A DNA stretch of 64,000 bases from positions 3,744,001-3,808,000 of the forward strand of contig OZ241875.1 of the NCBI GenBank assembly GCA_965203325.1, given 5' to 3'. This DNA is from a bacterium. GTDB lineage: Bacteria > UBA8248. Shown here one piece after another: positions 1-9,719 of this stretch. Numbering within the stretch: position 1 is the stretch's first letter; the number at the start of each line of letters is the position of its first letter. The translations under genes and the position numbers were made by a program. The notes below the pieces were generated by a model. That model was not told the DNA's origin, made no database searches, and saw only the letters and a list, made by a program, of their open reading frames with translations.

Positions 1-576
1 GTCAGCGGCTGTGTGACGCCGACGCCGAGGCGGCAGGGGAACATCTGCGAGGTGTTCGAGCAGCAGCCCGACTGGTACGACTACGCCCGCGCGTCGGAGA
101 AGCGCTGGGGCACGCCGGTGCACGTGCAGATGGCGTTCGTGTGGAAGGAGTCGAGCTTCCAGAGCCACGCGAGGCCGCCCATGCGTTGGTTCCTGTTCAT
201 CCCGCTCGGCCGCCCCTCCACGGCCTTGGGCTATGCGCAGCCCCTGAACCCGACCTGGGGGGACTACAAGGCGGAGCGCGGCACTTGGTTGAGCAGCCGC
301 ACGCGCATGAAAGACGCGCTCGATTTCATCGGCTGGTACAACGCCAAGACACGGCGCGAACTGGGCATCTCCCTGAACGACGCGCACAGGCTCTACCTCG
401 CCTATCACGAGGGAAGGGGCGGTTACCGCCGCGGCACCTGGAAGAAAAAGCCGAAGCTGCGGCGCGCCGCGCAGCGCGTGGCCCAGACCGCCCGGCGCTA
501 CAAGGCCCAGCTCGCGCGGTGCGAGTCGAGGTTTCGGTGCGATTCCTGGTATCAGATCTGGCCCTTTTGCCGCTGA
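1..576 (+). CDS. Transglycosylase SLT-domain lipoprotein (5' end outside window)
   Basis: Frame is open from base 1 (V-S-G-C, lipobox-like). Motifs WKESSF, ALGYAQ and YLAYHEG resemble lytic transglycosylase-like proteins. Confidence 0.75.
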   Translation, partial: VSGCVTPTPRRQGNICEVFEQQPDWYDYARASEKRWGTPVHVQMAFVWKESSFQSHARPPMRWFLFIPLGRPSTALGYAQPLNPTWGDYKAERGTWLSSRTRMKDALDFIGWYNAKTRRELGISLNDAHRLYLAYHEGRGGYRRGTWKKKPKLRRAAQRVAQTARRYKAQLARCESRFRCDSWYQIWPFCR

Positions 577-586
577 GGTGTTCTGA

Positions 587-1267
587 ATGTTCTCTTACCG
601 TTTTCGTAGTTTTCCCATAATTGTCTTCGGTTTTTTGATTGCGCTTTTCGCCCTCGCACCCGGCGCTCTCCACGCGCAGGAGGTCGTGCTCGGCCGCTTC
701 TCGGCGGGCGACCTCACAGGCTGGGAGCCCAAGAGCTTCGAGGGAGAGACCCGCTACCGCCTGACCAAAGACGGCGGTGGCGAAACCGTTCTCGAGGCGG
801 TGAGCAACGCGGCTGCGTCCGGCCTCGTACTCAAGCGGAAGATAGACGTCACGAAAACGCCGGTCCTCATCTGGCGCTGGCGGATCGAGCGCCCCGTCAA
901 TCCGCCGGATGAGCTCTCGAAAGAAGGGGACGACTTCGCCGTTCGCGTCTATTTCCTGGCTCCCGGCGCAGGCTGGCTCTCTTTCCCGGATTCGGTGGTC
1001 TACGTCTGGGCCAGCAAACAGCCGGAAGGCTCCGCCTGGCCGAACCCCTACACCAAGAAGGCCCACATGGTCGCCGTCGATTCGGGCGCGCGCCACGCCG
1101 GGCGGTGGCGCACCCATCGCCGGAACATGCGCGAGGATTTCAGGCGCTACTTCGGACGCGACATCACCGAGATCACCCACATCGCCATCATGACCGACAC
1201 CGACAACAGCAAGCTCTCTGCCCGCGGCTGGTACGGCGACATCCGCGTCGCCCCCGCAAAACCGTAA
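587..1267 (+). CDS. DUF3047 family exported protein
   Basis: Signal peptide, WRWRI, K.GDDFAVRVY, and C-terminal AIMTDTDN...YGDI motif. Confidence 0.8.
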   Translation: MFSYRFRSFPIIVFGFLIALFALAPGALHAQEVVLGRFSAGDLTGWEPKSFEGETRYRLTKDGGGETVLEAVSNAAASGLVLKRKIDVTKTPVLIWRWRIERPVNPPDELSKEGDDFAVRVYFLAPGAGWLSFPDSVVYVWASKQPEGSAWPNPYTKKAHMVAVDSGARHAGRWRTHRRNMREDFRRYFGRDITEITHIAIMTDTDNSKLSARGWYGDIRVAPAKP

Positions 1268-1448
1268 GGCGCTTCTCGCCGAGAGAACTTTCCCGCTTTC
1301 GGCGGAATGACGGCAGTGGTCAATTTCGGTCGAGGAGATTTTTTCCGAATCCGTCGCGACGCACCCGTAGCGTACAACTTATGTGGCGAATTTGGGTTAT
1401 TGGATGATTGATGCAGGAGCGCGTTTTCGGACGGCGTAAGGCTTCGCG

Positions 1449-2267
1449 CTACTCGCCGGATTGTTGTTTATGTTTTTCGATGGCCGCCATCGCATGCTCG
1501 CGGTCTTCGGGGTCTTCCACGCGGTGCGCGGTGTCGAGAGCAGCCTCGATTTGCCCGGCTTCGGCCTGCGCCACGGCGATGTCCCGATAGGCCCAGGAGC
1601 GGTAAAGCGCCTTGCTGATGCCGCTTGCGGAGTTGAGGGCGGCGGGGAAATCTCTCGCCTGTCCCTGGGCTGTGGCGATTTCCTGCAAGGCCCAGGAACG
1701 CCAGGCAGGGTCGCCGATTTCACGGGCGTTCTGAACGGCGGCGGTGAAATCTCCCGCCTTGGCGATGTCCATGACGCTTAGCCACGCTTTTTCGGAAAGG
1801 CTTTTTTCGTCGCGGATCTCCTCGATCGTCTCCAGAGCGGCGTTCAACGTATGGGTGGAAGTCGTAGCGCCGAAGCCACTCTTGATGGCGGAGAAGTGCT
1901 TGAGCGCCTCCATTCGATCGTCGGGGTCGTCGATGCAGCGTATCGTTTCGATGGCTTCGCTGATTTGTCCCGCCCTTGCCTGCGCGATGGCGATTTCCTG
2001 CAAGGCGGAGGCGTAAAAAAGAGCGCTGCCGATGCCTCGCGCGGTCTCGATGGCGGCGTCGATATCCCCCGCCTTCGCCTGTGATCCGGCGAGTTGACTC
2101 AGATGAATGGAGCGGTTGACGATCTCGCTGAGGAATCGGGCGTTTTCGGCCTCGGGCGTCTCCTCCCGGATTTCCGCGCTTTCGGGCAGGAAAGAGGCTG
2201 GCGCCTTTTCCTCCGCTTCGCGCGAACCCCCCAGAAATCGCATGAAACTCCGGAGTATGTTTCTCAT
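1449..2267 (-). CDS. TPR-like helical repeat protein (start uncertain)
   Basis: Repeated ~33-aa units of the form AG(D/Q)xxxA(I/L)xxAxxIxD...ALxEIAxAQ. Confidence 0.7.
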   Translation of the reverse strand: MRNILRSFMRFLGGSREAEEKAPASFLPESAEIREETPEAENARFLSEIVNRSIHLSQLAGSQAKAGDIDAAIETARGIGSALFYASALQEIAIAQARAGQISEAIETIRCIDDPDDRMEALKHFSAIKSGFGATTSTHTLNAALETIEEIRDEKSLSEKAWLSVMDIAKAGDFTAAVQNAREIGDPAWRSWALQEIATAQGQARDFPAALNSASGISKALYRSWAYRDIAVAQAEAGQIEAALDTAHRVEDPEDREHAMAAIEKHKQQSGE

Positions 2268-2509
2268 CCTGTTCCTGTCTTGTCCTGCACGGAAGAATTC
2301 GCCTTGGTTCAGGGCAATCGTCCACACAGGTTGGATATGATTGCGCCACCGCATGTAGTTATTATCTTCACTTTCAATTCATTTTGCAAAAAAAAAGTCG
2401 AATAGGCCGGAATTATGGTCTCCCGCCAAGAAATTGGCGCGCAAACGCATAATGAAACGAAAAACAGTCCCGATGCCGCGTTCGAGAGAGCGCGAAGCTC
2501 CCGCGGCTC

Positions 2510-4546
2510 TTACTCCTCGATCGCCTCGGCAACGAGCTCGGCGATGTCGGCGGCGCGGATGTTCTTATCCGGGTCGAGCGCCTTGAGCGCGTCGTCGAAC
2601 ATCTGCATGCAGAAAGGACAAGACACGGCGGCGGTTTGGGCGCCGCAGGCCTTCACGTCTTCGAGACGCTCGTGGTTGATGCGCTTTTGGGGCTCATCGT
2701 CCATCCAGGCGTAGCCGCCTCCCGCGCCGCAGCACAGCGAGCGCGAGCGGTTGCGCGCGAGTTCGGTGAAGCCGCCGTCTGATATCTGGTGCAGCACTTC
2801 GCGCGGGGCGTCGTATACGCCGTTGTGGCGGCCCAGGTAGCAGGGGTCGTGATAGGTGAGGGAGCCGAGCGATTTCTTGAGCTTGAGCTTGCCTGATTTG
2901 ATGAGTTCCGCGATGAGCTGCGTGTGGTGCACCACCTCGTAGTTTCCCCCGAAATCGGGGTATTCGTTCTTGTACGTGTTGAAGCAATGGGGGCAGGTGG
3001 TGATGATTTTCTTGACCTCGTAGCCGTTCAGCGTCTCGATGTTCTGCTTCGCGCACATCTGGAAGGTGAACTCGCCTCCGACCCGCCGGGCCGGGTCGCC
3101 CGTGCAGACCTCCTCCGCCCCCAGGATGGCGAAGTCCACGCCCGCTGCACCCAGAATCTTCACCATCGCCCTGGATACCTCGATGTTGCGGTCGATCATC
3201 GAACCCGTACACCCCACCCAGTAGAGGTATTCCGCCTTCTCGCCGCTTGCGAGGACTTTCACGTCGAGCCCCTCGTACCATTCCTCGCGGTTGTGCTGCG
3301 CGCCCACCCAGGGGTGGAGCCGCTCGTCCATGGATTTTAAGAACTGGCGCGCGTCCTCGCTCGTCTTCGATTCCATCATCACCAGATAGCGGCGCATGTC
3401 CACCATCTTGGGGATGTGCTCGATGAAGACGGGGCACTCCTGTTGGCAGGCCCCGCAGGTGCGGCAGCCCCAGAGTTCTTCCTCGAGAACGGCGGGTTCG
3501 TCCGCAGGCTCGCCGAACAGGGGCGGCCTCTCGCCCGCCTCACTGTTTTCCGCAAGCGCCGCCGGGCCCGCTTCGCTCAGGTGCGCCTTCATGTCCTGAA
3601 TCAGCTTCTTGGGGTTGAGCGGCACGCCGCTCATGTAGGCGGGGCAGACGTCCTGGCAGCGGCCGCAGTTCGTGCACGCGTCCAGATCGAGCAGGTTCTT
3701 CCAGGTGTATCCCTCGATCTTCTCTACCCCCAAAGTTTCGATGGCCTCGGGGTCGGCTTCCATCGTCGCCTCGATGTCGATGAAGCTCAGCTTGCCGCTG
3801 GGGGCCAGATTTCTGCAGAACATGTTCAACAGGCCGTACCAGATGTGGTTGAATTTGCCGAAACCCATGTAGCCGAGCAGGACGAATGCGGAAATGGCGT
3901 GGAACCACCAGTTGATGCGGTGGAGAAACCGGAGCGTCTCCACGCTCAGCCCCTGGAGGGTCAGGGCGACCGCGTAGCCGCCCGGCGACCAGGGGGCCAG
4001 GGACGGGTTGTCCCTGAGCTCGGTCGCCGCGATGCGCAGCCCCTCCACGACGAAGCCCTGCACGAAGACGAGCAGCAGCAGCCAGAGCGCAAGGTAGTCA
4101 TCGAGCACGGAGTTCATGCGCTCTGGTTTCACCACCAGGCGGCGCCACAGGGCCATCACGATGCCGACGATCCCAAGCAGCCCGAAGCCGTCGCTCAAAA
4201 GTGAGTAGCCCAGGTAGAGGTTTCCCTTGAGATAGTGGATTCCCGTCCATTCCTGAACGGCTATCATGGAGGTGGCGATGAGTTCGGCGAAAAAGCCGTA
4301 GAATATGAACAGGTGCATGAGGCCGGGGTAGGTGTCCCGCAGCATCCGGCGGTGGAGCACCAGTTCATCCACGACGCCCCACAGACGCTTTGCCGGATTA
4401 TCGGTTCTGAGCTCGCCGCCGCCCAACCTCCACAGGCGCACGCGCTGGTAGATGCCGTAGGACATCACGCCGATCGCCGCCGCGGCGAAAAGATATACCA
4501 GGGGGCCGAAGACGATGTTCCAGTAGATTTCCCGGGTGGGCGTCAT
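2510..4546 (-). CDS. Membrane Fe-S oxidoreductase, FadF/HdrD-like (NarI-like TM domain, 2x[4Fe-4S], CCG domains)
   Basis: N-terminal TM helices with His residues; [12 protein letters not shown] and [28 protein letters not shown] and CPFC motifs. Confidence 0.9.
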   Translation of the reverse strand: MTPTREIYWNIVFGPLVYLFAAAAIGVMSYGIYQRVRLWRLGGGELRTDNPAKRLWGVVDELVLHRRMLRDTYPGLMHLFIFYGFFAELIATSMIAVQEWTGIHYLKGNLYLGYSLLSDGFGLLGIVGIVMALWRRLVVKPERMNSVLDDYLALWLLLLVFVQGFVVEGLRIAATELRDNPSLAPWSPGGYAVALTLQGLSVETLRFLHRINWWFHAISAFVLLGYMGFGKFNHIWYGLLNMFCRNLAPSGKLSFIDIEATMEADPEAIETLGVEKIEGYTWKNLLDLDACTNCGRCQDVCPAYMSGVPLNPKKLIQDMKAHLSEAGPAALAENSEAGERPPLFGEPADEPAVLEEELWGCRTCGACQQECPVFIEHIPKMVDMRRYLVMMESKTSEDARQFLKSMDERLHPWVGAQHNREEWYEGLDVKVLASGEKAEYLYWVGCTGSMIDRNIEVSRAMVKILGAAGVDFAILGAEEVCTGDPARRVGGEFTFQMCAKQNIETLNGYEVKKIITTCPHCFNTYKNEYPDFGGNYEVVHHTQLIAELIKSGKLKLKKSLGSLTYHDPCYLGRHNGVYDAPREVLHQISDGGFTELARNRSRSLCCGAGGGYAWMDDEPQKRINHERLEDVKACGAQTAAVSCPFCMQMFDDALKALDPDKNIRAADIAELVAEAIEE

Positions 4547-4717
4547 ATGAGAATCCTGTGGGGCGATCCGTTGCGTTTTCGTTCATTACTGATTTTCCGA
4601 GGTTACGAAAACTCGGCCGAAAAGTCGACACACTCCCGAGTTCATTTGAATCGTGGTCTTCTTTACTTGATAATCATTCCTGGAACCTTCAGAAGCACAT
4701 CGAGAAGGAGGCGGCGG

Positions 4718-5131
4718 ATGAACGAGAGAAAAATACGGGTGCTGGTGGGCAAGCCCGGCCTCGACGGTCACGACAGGGGCGCCAAGGTGGTCGCGCGTGC
4801 GCTCAGAGACGCCGGCATGGAAGTGATTTACACCGGCATCCGCCAGACGCCCGAGCAGATCGCTTCGACCGCCATGCAGGAGGACGTCGACTGCGTGGGC
4901 CTCTCGATACTTTCAGGTGCGCACAACCATCTTTTTCCCAAAATTCGTGAATTGCTCGATGGGCACGGCATGGACGACGTCCTGCTCTTTGGCGGCGGCA
5001 TCGTGCCGGATGATGACATTCCCTTTCTCAAGGAGAAGGGGGTGGACGAGATTTTCACCCCCGGCGCGACGATGGAGGATATCGTCGCCTATGTGCGTGA
5101 AACGGTGGCCCGACGCAGGCAGAGCGCCTGA
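4718..5131 (+). CDS. Cobalamin-binding subunit of an acyl-CoA (methylmalonyl-CoA-type) mutase
   Basis: [36 protein letters not shown] and GGGIVP motifs; RBS AAGGAGG before ATG 4718. Confidence 0.92.
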   Translation: MNERKIRVLVGKPGLDGHDRGAKVVARALRDAGMEVIYTGIRQTPEQIASTAMQEDVDCVGLSILSGAHNHLFPKIRELLDGHGMDDVLLFGGGIVPDDDIPFLKEKGVDEIFTPGATMEDIVAYVRETVARRRQSA

Positions 5132-5232
5132 CGTCGCTGCTTCGTTGCGGCGCGAAGGCGCAGTTCGTATACTGCGCGCTCATTATCAGTACGAGGCGCA
5201 AGATTCGGGATGAAAATTATCGGAGCGGCGGG

Positions 5233-5700
5233 ATGAAGAACGTATGGCTGATGGCGCTGGCGATGGTCTGCTTGCTGCTCGTTTCCGCCTGTCAGCGCAA
5301 ACCCATCGAAAGGGCTGTGCGCGGCTCTCTTCCCAAGGCGGAGGAGAACGTGGTCGTCACGTCCTACTGCCAGAGTTGTCATCTGCACGCGAGTTTCCAG
5401 GCAGACCCCCACGTCGAGAAACAACAGCTTCGCTATGACGAAAAGAGCCCGCTGCGCGCCGCCACCCGGTGCCTCGCTTGCCACCTCGTTCGTCCCGAGA
5501 CGTTTTTCAAAGAAGAACTACGCAGCACCAAGTTCCCGCACGGCGCGTTGGTCGACATCGCCAAGATCCCCAAGCCGAAGGCTGCGCCCCGCCTGAAAAG
5601 AGAGAAAGGCGAGGGATCCGCGCCCAAACAGGAAGCTCCTCCCCCTGCCGTGAAAAAAGAAAAGAAGAAAAAGCGCTGGTATTTCCTCTATCTCTTCTGA
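5233..5700 (+). CDS. Putative diheme c-type cytochrome lipoprotein
   Basis: Lipobox LVSA-C; two CxxCH motifs (CQSCH, CLACH); Lys/Pro-rich tail. Confidence 0.7.
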   Translation: MKNVWLMALAMVCLLLVSACQRKPIERAVRGSLPKAEENVVVTSYCQSCHLHASFQADPHVEKQQLRYDEKSPLRAATRCLACHLVRPETFFKEELRSTKFPHGALVDIAKIPKPKAAPRLKREKGEGSAPKQEAPPPAVKKEKKKKRWYFLYLF

Positions 5701-6497
5701 GTCGGGTCGAGTAAGTCTCTCAGCCCGTCGCCCAGGACGTTCAGGCCCATGACGGTAAGGGCGATGGCGATTCCCGGGTAAATCGTCAGGTGCGGAGCGA
5801 CGAGCAGAAAATCGCGGCCCTCGGCCAACATCGCCCCCCAGCTCGGCTCGGGCGGCTGTATGCCCAGCCCCAGGAACGACAGCCCCGATTCGGCGAGAAT
5901 CGCCCCCGCCATGCCGATGCTCGCCTCCACGATGACCGGCGAGATGATGTTCGCGAGCAGGTGGCGGGTGAGGATTCGCCCGGGCGTGGCGCCCGCGGCC
6001 AGGGCGGCGGTCACGAATTCGCGCTCGCGCAACGCCAGCACCTGCGCGCGGACGAGGCGCGCGTAGCCCACCCATCCGAACACCGAGAGCGATATCACGA
6101 TGTTCCACAGACTAGGCGCGAGCACGGACATGAGTGCGATGGCGAGCAGAATGCCGGGAAAGGCCAGGAACACGTCGGTGACGCGCATGATCGCCTCATC
6201 CCACACCCCGCCGAGATAACCCGCGATTCCTCCGATGATGACGCCCAGCAGCACGGATACCGACACGGCGGCGAAGCCCACGGTGAGCGAGGTTCTCCCG
6301 CCGTGTAAGACGCGGCTTAGGATGTCGCGGCCGAGCTTGTCGCGCCCGAAGGGATGCGCCGTCTCGGGAGCCGAAAGGCCTTGCGCCAGCTCCATCTCAT
6401 AAGGGTTTTGGGGCGAGAGGAGGGGAGCGGCCAGGGTGGCGGCCAGCAAGAGGGCGATGATGCCCCCGCCCAGATAGATGGACAGACCGCGCCTCAT
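5688..6497 (-). CDS. dppC: Peptide/nickel ABC transporter permease (DppC-like)
   Basis: HPFGRDKLGRD, EFVTAALAAGA and LSFLGLGIQPPEPSWG motifs; ATG 6497 overlaps the stop of the upstream permease. Confidence 0.9.
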   Translation of the reverse strand: MRRGLSIYLGGGIIALLLAATLAAPLLSPQNPYEMELAQGLSAPETAHPFGRDKLGRDILSRVLHGGRTSLTVGFAAVSVSVLLGVIIGGIAGYLGGVWDEAIMRVTDVFLAFPGILLAIALMSVLAPSLWNIVISLSVFGWVGYARLVRAQVLALREREFVTAALAAGATPGRILTRHLLANIISPVIVEASIGMAGAILAESGLSFLGLGIQPPEPSWGAMLAEGRDFLLVAPHLTIYPGIAIALTVMGLNVLGDGLRDLLDPTQKR

Positions 6498-7414
6498 GTG
6501 AGCCTCACGCGCGGGTCGAGCCAGGCGTAGGCGATGTCGGCCAGAAAGTTCGCGCTCACGTAGACGGCGGCGATGAACAGCACGCAGCCCTGCACGAGGG
6601 GGTAGTCGCGAGACGCGATGGCCTGGATCACCAGGCGGCCCACGCCGGGCCAGGCGAAGACGGTCTCGGTGATGATGGCGCCCGAGAGCAGGGCGCCGAG
6701 CTGGAGGCTCAGGATGGTGATGAGCGGCAGGCACGCGTTCTTGAGCGCATGGAGCCAGAGCACCCTTTTTTCCGAAATGCCCTTCGCGCGCGCCGTGCTG
6801 ATGTAGTCTTGCGGCAGCACGTCCAGCAGGCTCGAGCGCGCCATGCGCATCAATATGGGGGAGAGCGCCGCGCCGAGCGTCACGGCGGGGAGGATGAGGC
6901 TGAATGTCCCCTCCCTGCCCGAGACCGGGAACCAGCCCAGGCCGATGGAGAAGACGATGATGAGCAGCGGCCCGAGCCAGAAGACGGGCATGCTCGCGCC
7001 CGCCACGGCGAGAAAGCCTGCACCCAGGTCGAGCGCCGTGCCCTGTCTTCGCGCCGCCGCAATTCCCAGCGGGAGCGAGATGAGCAGCGCAACGGCCATC
7101 GAGGCGAGCGTTAGCTCCGCCGAGGCATAGGTTCGCTCGAAGATGATGGCCGATACCGCTCTTTTCTGGTGGAGCGAATTCCCTAAGTCTCCGCGCAGCA
7201 GCCCGCCCATGTAATCGGCGTATTGCACGCCCAGCGGCCTGTCCAGCCCCAGCGTCTTTCGCAGTTGTTCGCGCTGGGCGGGGCGGGCGGTTTCGCCCAG
7301 CATCAGGTCCACCGGGTCGCCCGGTAGCACCTGGGTGACGATGAAGACGACCGTCGTCACCCCCCACAGGACGGGGATGAGGAGCAGAACGCGTCTTAAG
7401 AGGAATTTTCTCAT
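6494..7414 (-). CDS. dppB: Peptide/nickel ABC transporter permease (DppB-like)
   Basis: PGDPV, LGLDRPL, DYISTARAKG and ETVFAWPGVG motifs. Confidence 0.9.
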   Translation of the reverse strand: MRKFLLRRVLLLIPVLWGVTTVVFIVTQVLPGDPVDLMLGETARPAQREQLRKTLGLDRPLGVQYADYMGGLLRGDLGNSLHQKRAVSAIIFERTYASAELTLASMAVALLISLPLGIAAARRQGTALDLGAGFLAVAGASMPVFWLGPLLIIVFSIGLGWFPVSGREGTFSLILPAVTLGAALSPILMRMARSSLLDVLPQDYISTARAKGISEKRVLWLHALKNACLPLITILSLQLGALLSGAIITETVFAWPGVGRLVIQAIASRDYPLVQGCVLFIAAVYVSANFLADIAYAWLDPRVRLT

Positions 7415-8991
7415 CTGTCGCCTCGCGCCGGGGAGAGAGTGGCCCTCGCGAGCGAGATGAAATCCGCATCCGGATATACCCGGTACCCCGATATGCGCTT
7501 GTCGAAGACGGCCACGTTCACGCTGTGCCAAAGATTGATGTAGGGAAGATCGCGGCCCAGGATGCGCTGTGTCTCGCCGTAGGCGCGGGCGCGAATCTGG
7601 GGGTCGGCGGACTGGTGGGCCTCTTCCAGGAGCGCGTCCACGCGCGTGTTTTTATAGCGGCCGCGGTTCAAGCCGGCCGGCGGGATGAAGCGGCTGTGAA
7701 AGATGTAGCGGTAGATGTCGGGGTCCGATATGCCGACCCACGTCAGGCTGTAGAGCTGGAAGTTCCCGTTTCTGATGTCGCCGAAAAACGTGCCCCACTC
7801 GTAGGAGCGGATTTTCATCTTGATTCCCACGCGGGCGAGTTGGTGGCCGAACACGGTGGCGATGCGGCGCCCCAGCTCGTTCTGCGAAGTTTTGTAGACG
7901 AGTGTGAAGCGCGGCTCGGGCCCCGGCCCGTCGGGGTCGGGAAAGCCCGCCGCATCGAGGAGTCTCATCGCCAACTCCGGGCGGTGCGCGTAGCGGGGAA
8001 GGCCTTTTTGATGCGCCCAGTGATCCGGCGGCAGCAGGCTGTCCGCCTCCTGTACCAGGCCCTTGTGGATGAAGCGCACGATGGGCCGTCTGTCGATGGC
8101 GTGGGCGATCGCGCGCCGCACCTCGAGTTTGGAGAGAATCGGGTCTTCCAGGTTGAAGCCGATGTAGGTGAAGTTCGTGCCCAGACGCTTTCGAATCTTG
8201 AGCCGCTTGTTCTTGATGAAGCGCGGCAAAATGTCGGGGGAAAAAGCGTTCTGGAGGAAGTCGACTCCCCCGCTTTCGAGTTCCAGGACGCGGATGGTTT
8301 CCTCCGGCAGAATCCGGAAGATGAGGTTCTCATAAGCGGGTTTGCCGGCGAAATGGCCGGGAAACGCCTTGAGTGCGATTCGTACGTCCGGCGCGAACTC
8401 CACGAACTGAAACGGGCCGGTGCCGACGGGTTTTTGGGCGAAACGGCTCCCCGCTTCGCGCGCGCTTTTGGGGAGAATGCCGACCATCAGCGATTCCGCG
8501 AACGAGGCGGAGGGTTCGGTGAGATGAAAGACGACACTGTGCGGCGTGGGCGTTTCGATGCGCGCGAGTTCCTTGAGTCCCGCCGCCTTGGGCGAGGCGA
8601 GAGAGGGGTCTCGAATGGAGTCGAAGGTGTATTTCACATCGGACGAGGTGAGGGCTTCGCCGTTATGGAACCGCACCCCGCGCCTGAGTTCGAAACGATG
8701 GACGAGGGGCGAGGGCCGCTCCCATTTCTCGGCGAGTTCCAGGACGATTCGGCCCTCGTGGTCATTCGATATCAGGCGGCTGAAGATGAAGCGCTGCACC
8801 TTGGAGGAGATGGCGTCCTGCGACAGCCTCGGGTCGAGTTGCGTGGGGTTGGTTCCGATGCCGACGACGATGGTGTCGCCTTTTGTTGCACCCTTCTCCC
8901 CGCAGGCGGATAAAGCGGCGCACGCCAGCATGAGGGCCATGAGAGCAAGCGGTTTGTTTCTCACCTGAGCATACCGGCGGGCGGGAGACAT
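7411..8991 (-). CDS. Peptide ABC transporter substrate-binding lipoprotein (family 5)
   Basis: Lipobox LSAC; LDP, LRRGVRFHNG, PVGTGPF and VRRAIAHAIDR motifs. Confidence 0.9.
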   Translation of the reverse strand: MSPARRYAQVRNKPLALMALMLACAALSACGEKGATKGDTIVVGIGTNPTQLDPRLSQDAISSKVQRFIFSRLISNDHEGRIVLELAEKWERPSPLVHRFELRRGVRFHNGEALTSSDVKYTFDSIRDPSLASPKAAGLKELARIETPTPHSVVFHLTEPSASFAESLMVGILPKSAREAGSRFAQKPVGTGPFQFVEFAPDVRIALKAFPGHFAGKPAYENLIFRILPEETIRVLELESGGVDFLQNAFSPDILPRFIKNKRLKIRKRLGTNFTYIGFNLEDPILSKLEVRRAIAHAIDRRPIVRFIHKGLVQEADSLLPPDHWAHQKGLPRYAHRPELAMRLLDAAGFPDPDGPGPEPRFTLVYKTSQNELGRRIATVFGHQLARVGIKMKIRSYEWGTFFGDIRNGNFQLYSLTWVGISDPDIYRYIFHSRFIPPAGLNRGRYKNTRVDALLEEAHQSADPQIRARAYGETQRILGRDLPYINLWHSVNVAVFDKRISGYRVYPDADFISLARATLSPARGDR

Positions 8992-9119
8992 CTGGAGATT
9001 CGCACACGCCGCGCCCCATCGTCAACGCGGCGCGCCCTCGTGGTTTACAGCCCGCCCCGGGCGGATTAAGATTCGCCTCGGCGTGATTTTCCGGTTCAAC
9101 GGCTTGGAGGTTTTCCCCG

Positions 9120-9668
9120 ATGAGATGGAGCAGGAATCATTTGGCGCGAACCATGCGTCTGGCGGCGATGGCGCTCGCTTTCGTCCTCGTGAGCGCGGGC
9201 ATGGGGGCGGCGGCGCCTTTCGATGAGAACCGTCCCAAGGTGGGGGAGGAGGCGCGTAATTTCGAGATACAGGGCTTCAAGCTCTCCGGACTCAAGGGCA
9301 AGAAGAACTTGGTGATGGTCTTCTATCGGGGTCACTTCTGAGTGATCTGCCAACGGCAACTCGTCGAGTTCCAGAGATTTTCCGAAAAAATTCATCGGCT
9401 GCAGACCGAAATCGTCGCCATCAGCGCGGACAATGCGCTTGAAATGAACAAGACGACGCGGGAGTTGGGCATCCGGTATCTGTTGATTTCGGACCCCAAG
9501 AAGCGAATCATTCAACACTTCGGGGTGCTGCATCCGAGAGAGGGGATCGCCCGGCCCGCCACCATCATCATCGACAAGAGCGGCGTGGTTCGTTACGTTC
9601 ACGTGGGTAAATACCCCAGCGACCGCCCCTCGGTTCAGCAGGTGATGCAGGCCCTCGCTTTCTTGTGA
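9120..9668 (+). CDS. AhpC/TSA (peroxiredoxin-like) selenoprotein, Sec at TGA 9339-9341 (UxxC)
   Basis: ORFs 9120-9341 and 9342-9668 are contiguous and in frame. Read-through gives VMVFYRGHF-U-VIC-QRQL followed by AISAD, LISDP and ARPATIIIDKSGVVR, a complete redoxin fold. Confidence 0.88.
9346..9375 (+). promoter_or_regulatory. Candidate bacterial SECIS hairpin
   Basis: AACTC-GTC-GAGTT apical stem-loop with a G-first loop about 21 nt after UGA; TCTG/CAGA lower stem. Confidence 0.5.
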
Positions 9669-9719
9669 GAATGATGCCCGGTATTCCCGCCCCCGCCCGG
9701 AGCGTGATGGAAACCGAAT

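Noticed and set aside
5688..7469. 593-aa ORF suggesting a fused permease
   Set aside because: The N-terminal 324 codons are an off-frame shadow of dppB; the real start is 6497.
9120..9668. Interpretation as a nonsense pseudogene or two separate genes
   Set aside because: The stop is TGA precisely at the catalytic Cys position, both halves are intact, and a SECIS-like hairpin follows.
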